Of a stretch of 64,000 bases of DNA, positions 26,468-39,470 are shown piece by piece (position 1 is the stretch's first letter; every line of letters starts with the position of its first letter). The DNA comes from Octopus sinensis (Eukaryota): positions 28,644,001 through 28,708,000 of the forward strand of contig NC_043012.1 in NCBI RefSeq assembly GCF_006345805.1, given 5' to 3'. The notes beneath the pieces were generated by a model, which had not been told where the DNA came from, searched no databases, and was given only the letters and a program-made list of their open reading frames with translations. Both the position numbers and the translations under genes were made by a program.

Positions 26468-26789
26468 TTTATCAATTAACAAAATGACAAACATCTCTTA
26501 CAGGTGTTTCAATTCAAACCCTCAGAAAATTACTTAATTAAATTAAAAATTAAACATTATTTGAAAGTCGAATCTCTTTAAATGTAGATAAAAATATATA
26601 AAATAGTTGTCCAATTCCTGCATGTTGAGTAAACTGCTGCAAACATGCAGGAATTGAACAACTATTTTATATATTTTTATCTACCTTTGAAGAGATTCGA
26701 ATTTCAAATAATATTTAATTTAATCAATTTTCTGAGGGTCTGAATTGAAACACCCGTAAGAGATGTTTGTCATTTTGTTTATTGATAAA
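26468..26789. repeat. Large imperfect palindrome (~150-160-bp arms, 15-nt loop)
   Basis: 26468-26626 is reverse-complementary to 26642-26789. Confidence 0.9.
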
Positions 26790-26856
26790 TAATGATTTAT
26801 TAATTACCTCTCTATTTTCTCATCTTATTATTATCATTATTATAATATATATATAT

Positions 26857-26890
<34 letters not shown>

Positions 26891-26893
26891 ATA

Positions 26894-26927
<34 letters not shown>

Positions 26928-27065
26928 CATATATAAACCACGGTTTATATAGTTACTTTGCAGTTGAGTATTAAATGTAATGTTCAATATTTTTGTATAG
27001 GTAACTAACCAGTACTTTCATAGGATTTTGCTATTCCTTAATGAGGTTTGTAACCTTTAATTGTG

Positions 27066-27149
<84 letters not shown>

Positions 27150-27289
27150 GCATACACACATATATATTCATACATATACAGGGTGTCCATAAAGTCATGA
27201 TGCAATTTAAAATACTTGTATCTTCGTTACTATACATGATAGAATTGATATGTAAAAAGAATAAGAAAGAGGAACGATATAAACTTTTT

Positions 27290-27930
27290 ATTCATCCGAC
27301 TTCCCAAATTAAAAAAGGATTTACAACCAAAAGCCCTACCATACATCTCCACACACAAACCCCCACTAACAATAAAACCTTCGACACCATCCTCTACTAA
27401 AAAGGGACCACAGAGTGAATCTAATTCTGCAAATACACCTCATCATAAAGAGCAAAAGACAACCCAAGTCAATAATAAGTCTCCTAATACAAGCCCATGT
27501 ACACTCGGCAACAACATTGAAACCATCAGAAAAAAATGAGGAAGACATAACTGCGGTATATGCATCATCCTGATTGAGGGATCGGAGTTCTTCTTCAAAC
27601 AAAGTCAACGTTTTAGTGAAAAACAACTTCACATGTGCTTCGTAAAACCTAATATCCGTATTAGTTTGCACAGGGTGTCGAGAGCAATACATAGGCCAAA
27701 CCAAAGACAGTTTACGCCAAAGGATGATCCTACACAAATCTCAGATTAAAATACGGGAATATAGAAAAATAGCATTTAGCGAACACATCGACGTTTGCGC
27801 CACTTACGAACAACCAATTTCAGATTTTTCCCATCTATAAATTCGGGGACGATGCAACCTATATTCAGCGCATTAGCAAAGAGTCATATTTTATCGCAAG
27901 ATATAAACCCCTTTTGAATGCTTCCACCAC
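27290..27930 (+). mobile_element. Penelope-like GIY-YIG endonuclease fragment (CxxC type)
   Basis: NFTCAS*NLISVLVCTGCREQYIGQTKDSLRQRMILHKSQI...FSEHIDVC...KESYFIARYKPLLN. Confidence 0.85.
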
Positions 27931-28097
27931 AAATAATACTACAAGGGCCTTAGAATAATACCCACGCAAATATCAAAAACGATTTATTCAGAACAGTTCC
28001 AATCACCACTACTATAACCGTAACAGTTCACTTTTAGGTCACTTGACCATTTAAGGAGACACTAGCAACATCCTACTGCTGTCATATCACTCGTGTC

Positions 28098-28099
<2 letters not shown>

Positions 28100-28130
<31 letters not shown>

Positions 28131-28176
28131 CTTCTTCTTCTTCTTCTTCTTCTTCTTCTTCTTCTTCTTCTTCTTC
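28100..28176. repeat. (TTC)n microsatellite
   Basis: Direct reading. Confidence 0.95.
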
Positions 28177-28449
28177 GGCTACTGCTGCTTAAACAATCAA
28201 AACCCAGAACCCACATCCTTCATATTAAATATTTCTTCCGATCTGCTATTGCCGCACGTATTTGTGAACTATGAAAATATTCTAAAAAACATTTCATTTC
28301 ATTTTTCCACAATTTAATTGTTTTTCATGCTTTACACTGAGTTGAAAAAGTCGCAAAGACTGAAACAGGTACCAAAATGTTCTTCATAATAAAATTATTT
28401 TAGCATTTTCTACCTTGTCTTATTTTTCTTATATATATGAAATCGTGTG

Positions 28450-29400
28450 TTACTTTTCAACCTTCTCTCATCAGAGGGCCCATCTGCTGTCAGCAGCCGC
28501 TGAGTGGAGGACTCGACATACTTTGGTTAATGAAGCACAGACATGCGCTGAGGCAGAAATATCTCCAACGTTTCCTTGGCGGTGAGCATGTATGTTCGCC
28601 GTTTATCAGACATGACTTTCTGCAGCCTGGATCAAGGCTAGATAGAGCGCTTGGCACCTAGAGTGTCAGCAAGTGCTCACAACCCTCTGCCAATTGAACA
28701 ATGCAGTCGGTGGAAGTTCCTCATTGGAGTTCTACAGGGGATTAGTGGTGAGCAAGAGAGACGACATCCTCTGGGAAACTCTGGGCCTCGAGTGAGAGCA
28801 ATTAACTTGTCTTTTTCAGAGGACCTTCGGGTCGTAGCCTATGAATAATTTCCAGAAATCCCTGGACTGGCATCGTTACCAGGAAGCTCTGCAGGTTCGG
28901 GAAAATTTCTACAGAGATGGAATGCTATCAGATGGACCTGTCTCAGTTGTGCGCTGAGCGACGAAGCCATTCTGTATGAACTCGTCCAGTGTCCGGGTAT
29001 TGATGACTTATGGAGCTTTGTCGAACAACTGTTGATGTGTGTAGGACAGATCCGCTTATCATCCGAGTCCACCGTGAGGATTATCCCGCTGATTTCTTTT
29101 GGCCGGGAAGGGAAGACAGTTTTCCTCCGTCTGGTGGCGAAAAAGGTAGTGCGGTGGATGAGGTAGGACAGAAGACAGATACTTTCCTCTCTGGCCAAGC
29201 TCCCATCGATCTTTTTAAGTTCCACTTGAAAAAGGAAGTGAGGTTAGAGAGGGAAGTGCTTCCCCTCGCCAGTACTTTTACTGAAATGTGGGTGAATGCA
29301 GCGGGGATGAACCGCGTGAATAGGCCTACTATCAACTTACACTTGCAAACCAGAGGCGGTTGAGAATAAGAAAGACACCTGTTCAGGTGCCCTTAGCGAT
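28450..29400 (+). mobile_element. L1/Tx1-like LINE 3' fragment
   Basis: Cys/His-knuckle-like SDEAILYELVQCPGIDDLWSFVEQLL, then FKFHLKKEVRLEREVL...FTEMWV, resembling the Tx1 ORF2 C-terminus. Frameshifted. Confidence 0.6.
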
Positions 29401-29624
29401 CTGGGTAACCAGGATGAGTAGTGTTCCTCGGTTGTCCCTGAGTGAAACTCTCAGCTTTTGGGGAATTTTGTTGCTGAATTTTTGTTATTAATTCTTCTTT
29501 TATTTTATACACAATATTTTATGTTAAGCCCACTTGTCCCTTATCTTGTATTATCCTTTTTCCGTTCGACCCTTTTGGCCAATAAAAAAAGATTATTATT
29601 AGTAGTAGCGATAAGGCGGCTAGA

Positions 29625-29860
29625 CGGCAGAACCGTTAGCACGCCGGGCAAAATGCCGAGCAGCATTTTCTCCCCCTTAACGTTCTGAGTTCAAATGCCA
29701 TTGGGGTTGACTTTACCTTTCATCCTTTCGTGGTTGCCTTTGCTTTTCATCATTTCAGGGTCAATAAAATGAGTACCAGTTGAGCACTGAGGTGATGTAA
29801 TCGACTAGTAGCCTACCCCCAAATTTCAGGCCTTGTGCCTATACTAGAAAGGATCATTAT
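29625..29860 (+). mobile_element. Meta-domain SINE
   Basis: gttctgagttcaaat...gttgactttacctttcatcctttcg...gtcaataaaatgagtaccagttgagcactg matches the MetaSINE central domain; ends in an (att)n tail. Confidence 0.7.
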
Positions 29861-29899
29861 TATTATTAGCACTTACTGTCTTTTGTTATATTATTATTA

Positions 29900-29981
<82 letters not shown>

Positions 29982-30556
29982 GAGAGAGCAGTGCATGCCA
30001 TCAAAGTGACACTAGTGTAAAATATACGAAGCCCAGTATATCCATCATGACTACCCGTCCGATAAGGGTACACCAGGCACATGCAACACAACCATATGTG
30101 CACGACATGGAGATCTCATATCAAGATAAACAGCGCATGACCTCGCAGGTCGGGACCAGTTAGAATTTTCTTCTGGTCGAGTAACCCATCCCGCTCAAAA
30201 GGTCCCTGAATAAGGATTCTTTAAGGATGTTGAACGAACCACCCATGTTTCCAAAAGTGAATTATCCAAACCTCTAAGAATTCCTTTTAACACACGGCTA
30301 TGATGCTCCCCCACTACTTCTGCTCGTGATCAGAGATGCACTTATCGTCAGCCACTAAGGGACATGCTCAACTGGTTAAGGTCAATCAACTGACACGCAA
30401 ATCTGTGGTATTGAGCAGAATATTTGCTGTAGCCCATCTTTCATACCATGACAAAACAATGTACATGATAACACTTTCAATCAGTTAAGATCAGAAACCA
30501 TGTGTGCCACTGTCTGGTACTGCATCAGAGCATTTATGGTACTGTATCAGGGCATT
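29982..30556 (-). mobile_element. ~575-bp non-coding element flanked on both sides by (ATT)n/(TAA)n
   Basis: Unique-complexity sequence bounded by (att)n at 29890-29981 and 30557-30770; no recognisable ORF or tRNA head. Strand inferred from the (TAA)n tail. Confidence 0.55.
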
Positions 30557-30557
30557 A

Positions 30558-30696
<139 letters not shown>

Positions 30697-31012
30697 GCTA
30701 TTATTATTATTATTATTATTATATTATTATTATTATTATTATTATTATATTATTATTATTATTATTATATTTGTTATTTTGATTTCTCTGAATATATACT
30801 GATAATGTAGATAGCTGACTTGGGTAAGCGTTCAAAGTGATACTGTCCCTCACTGTTTCAACCATGTTTAATTCTATACAAGTTTTGTGAAATTTAGCAT
30901 CCGTAATTATTTATCTGTAATGTGATTCAAACCGAATTTTACTGAAAGAATTGTAACCAATATTGAATTTATGCTACACTGATATCGTCATCTTCATCAC
31001 ACACACACACAA

Positions 31013-31105
<93 letters not shown>

Positions 31106-31903
31106 CACTCACCCTTAAGCATACTTATATATAAATACATATATAGAAAGACTGATAAATATCTTTACGGATGCGTGAGAGGAAATGTGTATGAGTACAT
31201 TTGCTTGTGTGTGTGCGTGTGCATGCGTGTGTGTGTGTGTGTTTATGCCTATGTTTATGATTACGCTGATCTAAACACCGGTATTGTTATAATACATTAA
31301 ATCCCATGGCTTAATGAATGGACACCTAGAAATTCTTCAATAAGAACTTGACTAAAATATGAACTCAAGCTGGTGTGACCGACTAAAGCCATGAAATCCT
31401 TCTGCTTTGCATGTAGAGGTTTGATCCCTGCTTCATATAATGACTGACTGGACAAAAGAATGCAGGAATAAAGACACATATTTACATTCTTATTCTCTGT
31501 TACTATTCGGTTTTCCACAATTATCATTCATGATGTTTAAGGCACAATATTATGTCAAATAGAAGTGTACGGAATGAATCAAATTGAAAATTTGTGTAAA
31601 TAAGTGAAAAGAAATATGATACGTTATCACGCGCGCGCACACGCAATACATTTACACACATACATGTATATATATATATATGCATGTAGCTATATCCGTA
31701 TACAGTTGTGTGCGCGTGTGTGATGGAGAAAATATGTCAGATTCTGTATGTAAACACGGTATGTATTTTGCGTGTGTGTGTGCGTGCGAGAGAGAGAGTT
31801 CTCTCACTCTAAAGTTCTTCAGTACAATCGTATCAATTACATTCATGTATTTATTTATTTGCACTCACATATACACGTACACATACGCACGCACGCGCGC
31901 GCG

Positions 31904-31944
<41 letters not shown>

Positions 31945-33009
31945 ATATATACGCATGTATTCATGTATGTATTTATACGTTTCTTGATTATTTCTTTCTT
32001 TTCAACTCTTCTACTATTTTATTTATCTATTTGTTCACTTTTTCCTATTCACGTCTCGTTTACATCTTTTCATATTTCTGCCTTTTCGCGTTGCTTTCAC
32101 CCTCACTCCATCTGTCAGCGATCATTCCTTCTTACCAGTCATCATTCGTTATATGGTCACAAGGCATTAATAATAAATGTTATTTTAGCTGCCATTTCAA
32201 TGTTATTTTGATAACAAACTTGAAATTGCTTCTGTGAAAAAACAGCGGCTTCGTTTGGCCAAGCGAAGCTCTCTTTATCATATTTTTTTTCTTCTCCTCC
32301 TGTATTGCTTTACCTCGATAATGTCGTTTTGGTCGGATGCCAAAAGACCTCTACCATTTCTCTACCTATTAACGGAATACGGCAATTGGATAATATATTA
32401 TCATGCATGGCTGGCCCAAAGTTTGAATTTAACACGCTTTGGCTCATGTCCTGAAGATTCTCAATGCACATGTATACACACACAAAGATACAAACACACT
32501 CGTACATACACACACACGCACGCAAATATTCAGATGTGCTAATATGTGTGTACCTCTGAGCGTACTTGCGTGTATGAGCCTTTAAATACATATATACATA
32601 TACAAATATGCACACACACACACTGCTGTTTGTACATACATGTATATATATGTGTGTGTGTGTGTGTGCATGTGTTTGTGTGTGTGTGTTTGTGTGTATG
32701 TGTGTGTGCGTGCGTGTGCGAGTGTGAGTGTATATACATACATACATACATACATACATACATACATACATACATACATACATACATACATACATGCATA
32801 TATATATATATATATATAGTAAGAGGAGGAATATAATATCCAGGCAGACACCGAATTTCTGTTAAATGCCAAGGCTGATTCCTTCCTTTAACTCCCATCC
32901 GATGTGGCAGTTTATTTCTTGGCTACTTAGAGTGTAAAGTAAAATATTGATAATATTGATAATAGGGAAAACGAAGACTTTATTTCCAGTTAGTTTATTC
33001 ATAATAATA

Positions 33010-33100
33010 GTCTGATACGTGTTTCGATCGCATTAACTGCATATTGTTGCATATTTACATGCAGCAATTTATGCATTATTTGTTCGATCTCTTCAGGGTA
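33010..33100 (-). ncRNA. Hammerhead-like motif lacking a clear stem I
   Basis: Minus strand: CTGAAGA-GATCG...CGATC-GAAAC-AC-GT-A. Sequences adjacent to the core do not pair. Confidence 0.4.
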
Positions 33101-33201
33101 TATAAGTATGAAATTGTTCGAAGATCAATTTTTCTCCGATATCAGTTGAATTCGACTAGTTAGTAGCAGTATGAATAAACTGATTGGAAATACACGAAGT
33201 T

Positions 33202-33366
33202 CTTTTACTTGTTTCAGTCATTTGACTACAGCCATGCTGGAGCGTCGCCTTTAGTCGAACAAATCGATCCCTGTTATTATGTTTTGTAAGCATCGGTGTT
33301 CAAGCGATGGTGGGGAGATAAACAGATACATACATACATACATACATACATACATACATACATACA

Positions 33367-33397
<31 letters not shown>

Positions 33398-33574
33398 GTA
33401 TATATGTATATATATACGACGGGCTTCTTTCAGTTTCTGTCTACTAAATCCACTCACAAGGATTTGGTCGGCCCGATGCTATAGTAGACGACACAAGCCC
33501 AAGGTGCCACACAGTGGAACTGAACCCGGAACCATGTGGTTGGTAAGTAAGCTACTTACCACACAGCCACTCCT
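33202..33574 (-). mobile_element. CORE-type SINE, internally deleted
   Basis: Head and tail match the 18133 copy. Confidence 0.85.
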
Positions 33575-33869
33575 AAAGTAACAAACTGAGGAAAAGAAAT
33601 CCTTCAAAGAGGTGTGTTAAACATCCAATTCCCATCCAATGAAAGGGTTTCAATTGGGATGTGTTTGAAATGTTATGAAGTGAATTTCGATGGTCGTTGA
33701 TTGCACTTACTTGACTGTATCGTCCGTTAGAGTGTTTTTGTTGTTTTTTAATTGTAATTGATGTAAGATTGAATTGTTAACGCTCACGCTCATCACACAG
33801 ATATTTGAATTAATTTTTACAATCCAGCTTTTCTTTCACACGGAATTTCTAAAGTCAAGACCCTGAAGT

Positions 33870-33947
<78 letters not shown>

Positions 33948-34199
33948 GGAACTGTGTTTATGTATATCAGTGAAAAAGTCGAAACAATATATTGACCTGT
34001 TAAGGTTTTTATAATTATTTATGCTATATACTATTATGTTACGTTGTTACGTTATATATTATATTCATAGGATTTAATGTAATATTGTAATATAAAGAAA
34101 TTATTAGATTGTCAATTGAATATCTCTATATTTAATTTATATACTTTATGTGTTTATATAGGTATATTATGTACATGTATGTATATCTGTATGTATATA

Positions 34200-34345
34200 T
34201 AGGCACAGACGCAGCTGTGTTGTAAGAAGTTTGTTTCCCAACCACATTGTTTCGAGTTCAGCACCTTGGACAAGTGTTTTAATACTCGGGTGAACCAAAA
34301 TCTTATAAGTGGATTTGGTAGACTGAAAGAAACCCGTAGTGTATA
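34200..34345 (+). mobile_element. SINE head fragment
   Basis: gctgtgttgtaagaagtttg...accttggacaagtgttt...gtggatttggtagactgaaagaa. Confidence 0.7.
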
Positions 34346-35364
34346 TATATATATATATATATCTTATGATAATCTTATGATAAAAGGCAGATTTTCTCTG
34401 CCTGTTCCCATGTTTCTTTTTAATACAATTCTACAATATAGAATTTCTTCAATTGGAATTTACCTATGATTTTTCCAAGTAGATTCGATTGGGTCATGGC
34501 ATAAAAAGTTTTTTTTTTAATTTGACCCCCAATTAAGCAAAAATTCGAGAAAACTCAATATTTTGCAAGTGTGAAACTATCAAAGTGAAAGCATTATATA
34601 ACAGGGATGAGCCATTAATACTGGTCATCCATTTTGCTAGAGGAAGATCCGCTATGGTCTAATATGCTACACCACTGTTTTTTAATTCATATTAATCAAA
34701 TTAATATTCAATTTTTCACCCTTATTATGTGTGTGTATTAGCAATACGTATAAAATTGCATCAATGACTTGAACTTGAATAAGTGGTTTCACATAAATGG
34801 GGATAAATTAAAAGGTTTGTTGTTATTATTATTACTGTTTGACTATTGTAATCACGTTTGTTGGTTCCTCGTCAGGGAAACGTTGTTGTGTTGCATTTGT
34901 TAAATAATTGTAAACCGTAACCCTCCCCCTTTCGGAGAAGGGGCTTTGGTTATTGTTTAAAAATTGAATTGTGTCCCTGTTTGGGGAAATTGACAATATT
35001 TTCACCGTCTTTACGGAAGCATTTTTGTTAAAATGCCTTCGATAGAAGAAAGTCCAAAAATGAATTTCGCTGCAGCCGTACACTTCTATACAAGAGGGAG
35101 GACAAGATCCAATTGATCGAAATTGCAAGAGACGGAATTGCAATTCCAGTCTGGTATATATTTTGAGTATTGTTATCACTAGCGATATCAAGATATACCT
35201 TTGTATTTTGTATTTTATGTGTAGATGTATATATATAGATGTACATGTAATATGTACACATATATATATACACATATATACATGCATAATATATCTACCC
35301 ATACACACATACGCACACACACACACATACATAGGGGCAGGTGTGGCTGTGTGGTAACAAATTA

Positions 35365-37717
35365 CGTTCGAAGATACTGTACTTGATATGGGCGGTAGTG
35401 CCTTGCCGGTCTATGGCCTACCTTCAACAAACCGGGAAGGCACAAACACTCTGTCTTCACATTTGCTGCGTGAGACATGATTTAATGTTGACGAGCTTGC
35501 CGACAATGAGCCAAAGCTCCTTCCAGAACAGAAGTTCGCTTACAACTCCGTTGTTAATTCAGTCCGGGCCAAAGCTGGGGGGATTTTTTTTTCCTGGACG
35601 CTCCTGGGGGCACTGGGAAAACTTTTGTCAACAAATTAATATTGGCTGAGATTAGGCGAACACAAGGCATTGCCCTAGCTGTGGCATCACCTGGAATTGC
35701 GGTTACTTTGTTGCCAGGCGGCAGGAAAGCTTACTCCACCTTCAAGCTCCCGCTTGACTTAGCGAAGACTGAGACACCAACTTGCAACATCAGTAACAGC
35801 TCCGATCAGGCAGAAGTCTTCAGACAATTCAAGCTTATCGTTTGGGATGAATGCACGATGGCCCACAGAGGTGCTCTTGAGGCACTAGATAGATCTCTCA
35901 GAGACATCAAACACTCTTCAGCTCCCATGGGAGGCATAACACTTCTTCTTTCAGGGGATTTCCGACAAACACTTCCCGTTATTTCCAAAGGGACTAGAGC
36001 TGATGCAGTAAGTGCGTGTCTTAAGTCATCCACATTGTGGCCACTGGTGAAGACTCTCAAACTTCACACCAATATGCGTGCTCATATGCGACGTGATATC
36101 ACATCAGCAGCATTTTCTCACACCCTCCTTGCACTTGACGAAGGCAAAATACCAGGGGATGAAAATGATAATATTGCCATCGATTCCATTTGTACCATTG
36201 TTAAAACGCCTTCTGATCTCAGAGATGCAGTGTTCCCAGATCTACAAGCTAATTATCAGAATATGGATTGGATTGGCCAAAGGGCTATTCTGGCCCCGAG
36301 GAATAAAACTGTTTACCATATTAATGATGAAATGCTAAAACTCATTGCTGGGGATGTCTATGCATATAAGTCTATCGATACAACTCCTGACCCAGAGGAC
36401 GTCATCAACTATCCTATAGAGGTACTCAATTCCTTTGAGCCCCTGGACAACCACCACACATTCTCAAACTTAAAGTTGGTTCCCCTATAATGCTCATTAG
36501 AAATTTGGTTCCCCCAAAACAATGCAATGGCACACGTTTGATCGTTAAGTCCTTATCTCCCAATCTGATTGAGGCCACCATTATCACAGGGTGCGGTCGA
36601 GGCAACGTTGTGCTCATACCTAGGATGCATCTTTTCCCATCAGGAGCAAACCTACCTTTCATATTTCGGAGGTCCCAGTTCCCAGTAAGGCCATGTTTCG
36701 CAATGTCAATTAACAAAGCGCAGGGTCAAACACTGTCTGTGGCGGGAATACATTTGGGAGAGCCATATTTCTCTCATGGTCAGCTTTATGTTGCCTGCTC
36801 GCGTGTCGGCAGCAACACTGGTGCTTTCGCATTCGTTCCACAACGAAAAACAAAAAAAAACATTGTGTACAAGGAGGTTTTATAGGATTACTACGTTTCA
36901 TCATTTTCGAACACGTTAGTATTTCACTTACATACGACTCTCTTTTATGATGGCATTTACATTTTTAGGCGTTTCATGACATTAATTCACACTTAACCAA
37001 CACCTGTCCTTCGCTCACCTCTATTTCTATCCATTCATCATCAAAACACCAGCCTCATCTTCTATATCCAACGTACATGACACATCTACCCCCTACATCT
37101 ACACTCTCACTGTTAAAGTTTACATAAGCGACAACACGATCGCAACATACACTTTGGAAACTAAGCAACAGATCATTTTATACAACAACACATTTAATCA
37201 TAACGCCCATCAATGAAAACATCTCCACCACTGTGTTGTGATTTATCTATTCAACACCACTACAGTCTTGCCGGTCTGACATATGGTGAGTAGATGCTAT
37301 TGTTCTATAAATTACCCATATTTACTTACCCATGCTTCATTCCCCTCTTGCCTACATAGGGCATCCATTCTCTTTTAACACAGCATGAAGTTTTGTAACA
37401 GCACATCCGCTGCCGTTCGTGGAAAACTAAGAGACCCTATTCACCTGCGAACGCTTTACACCGCCTTCCACGACTATCAGATCTTACAATTAAGAGAACA
37501 ATAACATGGCTCTTTTCAAGGCAACCTCGCATTCAATTTTTACACCATTCTACGAGGGGGTAGGAACCCCTTTACACGGCTTTCTATACACTTACAAATA
37601 CATTCATTCGCCGTAAACTTATATCAATATTTGCCTGAATAATCATCATAATTCAGTGCAATCATTAACAGTACTTTCAAGCAATTCAGCCCCGAGCAAC
37701 GCCGGGCAATTCTGCTA
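35365..37717 (+). mobile_element. Helitron 3' half: PIF1 helicase (frameshifted), 3' UTR and terminus
   Basis: LDAPGGTGKTF, LIVWDECTM, LLSGDFRQTLPV, NGTRLIV, FAMSINKAQGQT, SHGQLYVACSRV, KNIVYKEVL. Terminal hairpin GCCCG-agcaacgc-CGGGC, then CTAG at 37714-37717 followed by T. Confidence 0.9.
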
Positions 37718-37718
37718 G

Positions 37719-37787
<69 letters not shown>

Positions 37788-37834
37788 CATATATACATAT
37801 ATACATATATACATATACATACATATATATATAT

Positions 37835-37900
<66 letters not shown>

Positions 37901-37906
37901 TATATA

Positions 37907-38149
37907 CTCTTTTACTCTTTTACTTGTTTCAGTCATTTGACTGCGGCCATGCTGGAGCACCACCTTTAGTCGAGCAAATCGACCCCGGAACTTATTCTTT
38001 CTAAGCCCAGTACTTATTCTATCGGTCTCTTTTGCCGAACCGCTAAGTGACGGGGACGTAAACACACCAGCATCGGTTGTCAGGCAATGTTAGGGGGACA
38101 AACACACACACACATACATATATATATACACATATATATATATACATAT

Positions 38150-38209
<60 letters not shown>

Positions 38210-38439
38210 ATATATATAATATATATATATATACATATATATATATACATATACATATATACATATACATATATACGATGGGCTTCTTTCAGTTTCTGTC
38301 TACCAAATCCACTCACAAGGCTTTGGTCGGCCTGAGGCTATAGTAGAAGACACTTGCCCAAGGTGCCACGCAGTGGGACTGAACCCGGAACTATGTGATT
38401 CGTAAGCAATCTACTTATCTCACAGCCACTTTTACGCCT
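37907..38439 (-). mobile_element. Full-length CORE-type SINE
   Basis: Near-identical to the 18133 copy, with an expanded internal (TA)n. Confidence 0.9.
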
Positions 38440-38479
38440 ATAGTTGTTCTCCTTATTTAAAAAATATTTTAGTAGGACG

Positions 38480-39470
38480 GCCCACACCCGAGACAGAGGC
38501 AGAAATCTCATGTAGGGGTAACACAACATATCCACTGAACGGCTACTTTAACACGAGGCAGATGTAACAATAGTAGAACCAAATGGGCAACCAAACGTGC
38601 GAAAGTACGTGGGAGAAACTAAAAGCCCCTTCAGAACCCGCTATAGCAACCACAAGTCCTCTTTCAACATTCAGGAGATATGTAATGCCACAACCCTACC
38701 CAAACACGTATGGCCATTGAAAAATAGTGCCACCGAGTACAACATAAAGTGGGAGATTCTAGAGAAATGTAAAGAGTACTTCAATAGCAGCTGGAAGTGC
38801 AGTGTGTGTCATTCTCGCAGCAGTGTGTGTCATTCTCGCAGCAGTGTGTGTGTGTGTGTGTTATTCAATAGCAGCAGAAAGTGCAGATTATGCCTGGCTG
38901 AGAATAGCAGAACTGAAAATTTTAATACTTGCCCACATGAAAATGATATACATCCTATCATACCTTCATGCCCCATCATGACTATAATAATCATTTACTC
39001 AACTTCAACCCTTCACTAATACCTGGGAATCCAACAGTGTTTGACCAGAAGATACACAAATGCACCTACCAACAAACACACGCCCCAGCACGGCGGCCAC
39101 CCACTCGCCCCAGCACTGCGGCCACCACGAATTTAAGCAAAACATAATAAGGAAGCACACAAACGAACACAGCTGTGTGTGCCAACACCACCCACAAAGG
39201 TTATACACATTCCATTTCCACATGAACACCAACCTTAAAAACTTGTTTTGGTACCAAGGGACGTAATTTAATCCCCTGCTCAATTCGCTTCAACACCTTT
39301 TCACAGCAACCACAAACCGGATGTATCTATTCACCTCTAACAATAGAGAGCAGTCGCCATATTTCATTCTATATCGGCTACCTCTGATGAGCGCATGGTT
39401 ACATAATCTGATTGTTACCTAACACTCCATCGAATCCCTAGTGCGAAACCGATGGGTAAGATCGGCCGTA
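38480..39470 (+). mobile_element. Penelope-like element 3' part (GIY-YIG endonuclease + 3' region)
   Basis: KYVGETKSPFRTRYSNHKSSF...NATTLPKHVWPLK...IKWEILEKCKEY...CRLCLAE. Confidence 0.85.
39375..39470 (+). ncRNA. Type-I hammerhead ribozyme motif in the PLE 3' region
   Basis: CTGATGA (39384-39390), stem II GCGC/GTGC, GAAA (39445-39448), stem III ACC-gatg-GGT, GUA site at 39458. Stem I CT/AG plus CGGCT/GGCCG around an internal loop. Confidence 0.6.

Noticed and set aside
34850-34895. CTGACGA-GGAACC on the minus strand as a hammerhead
   Set aside because: No GAAA after the putative stem II.
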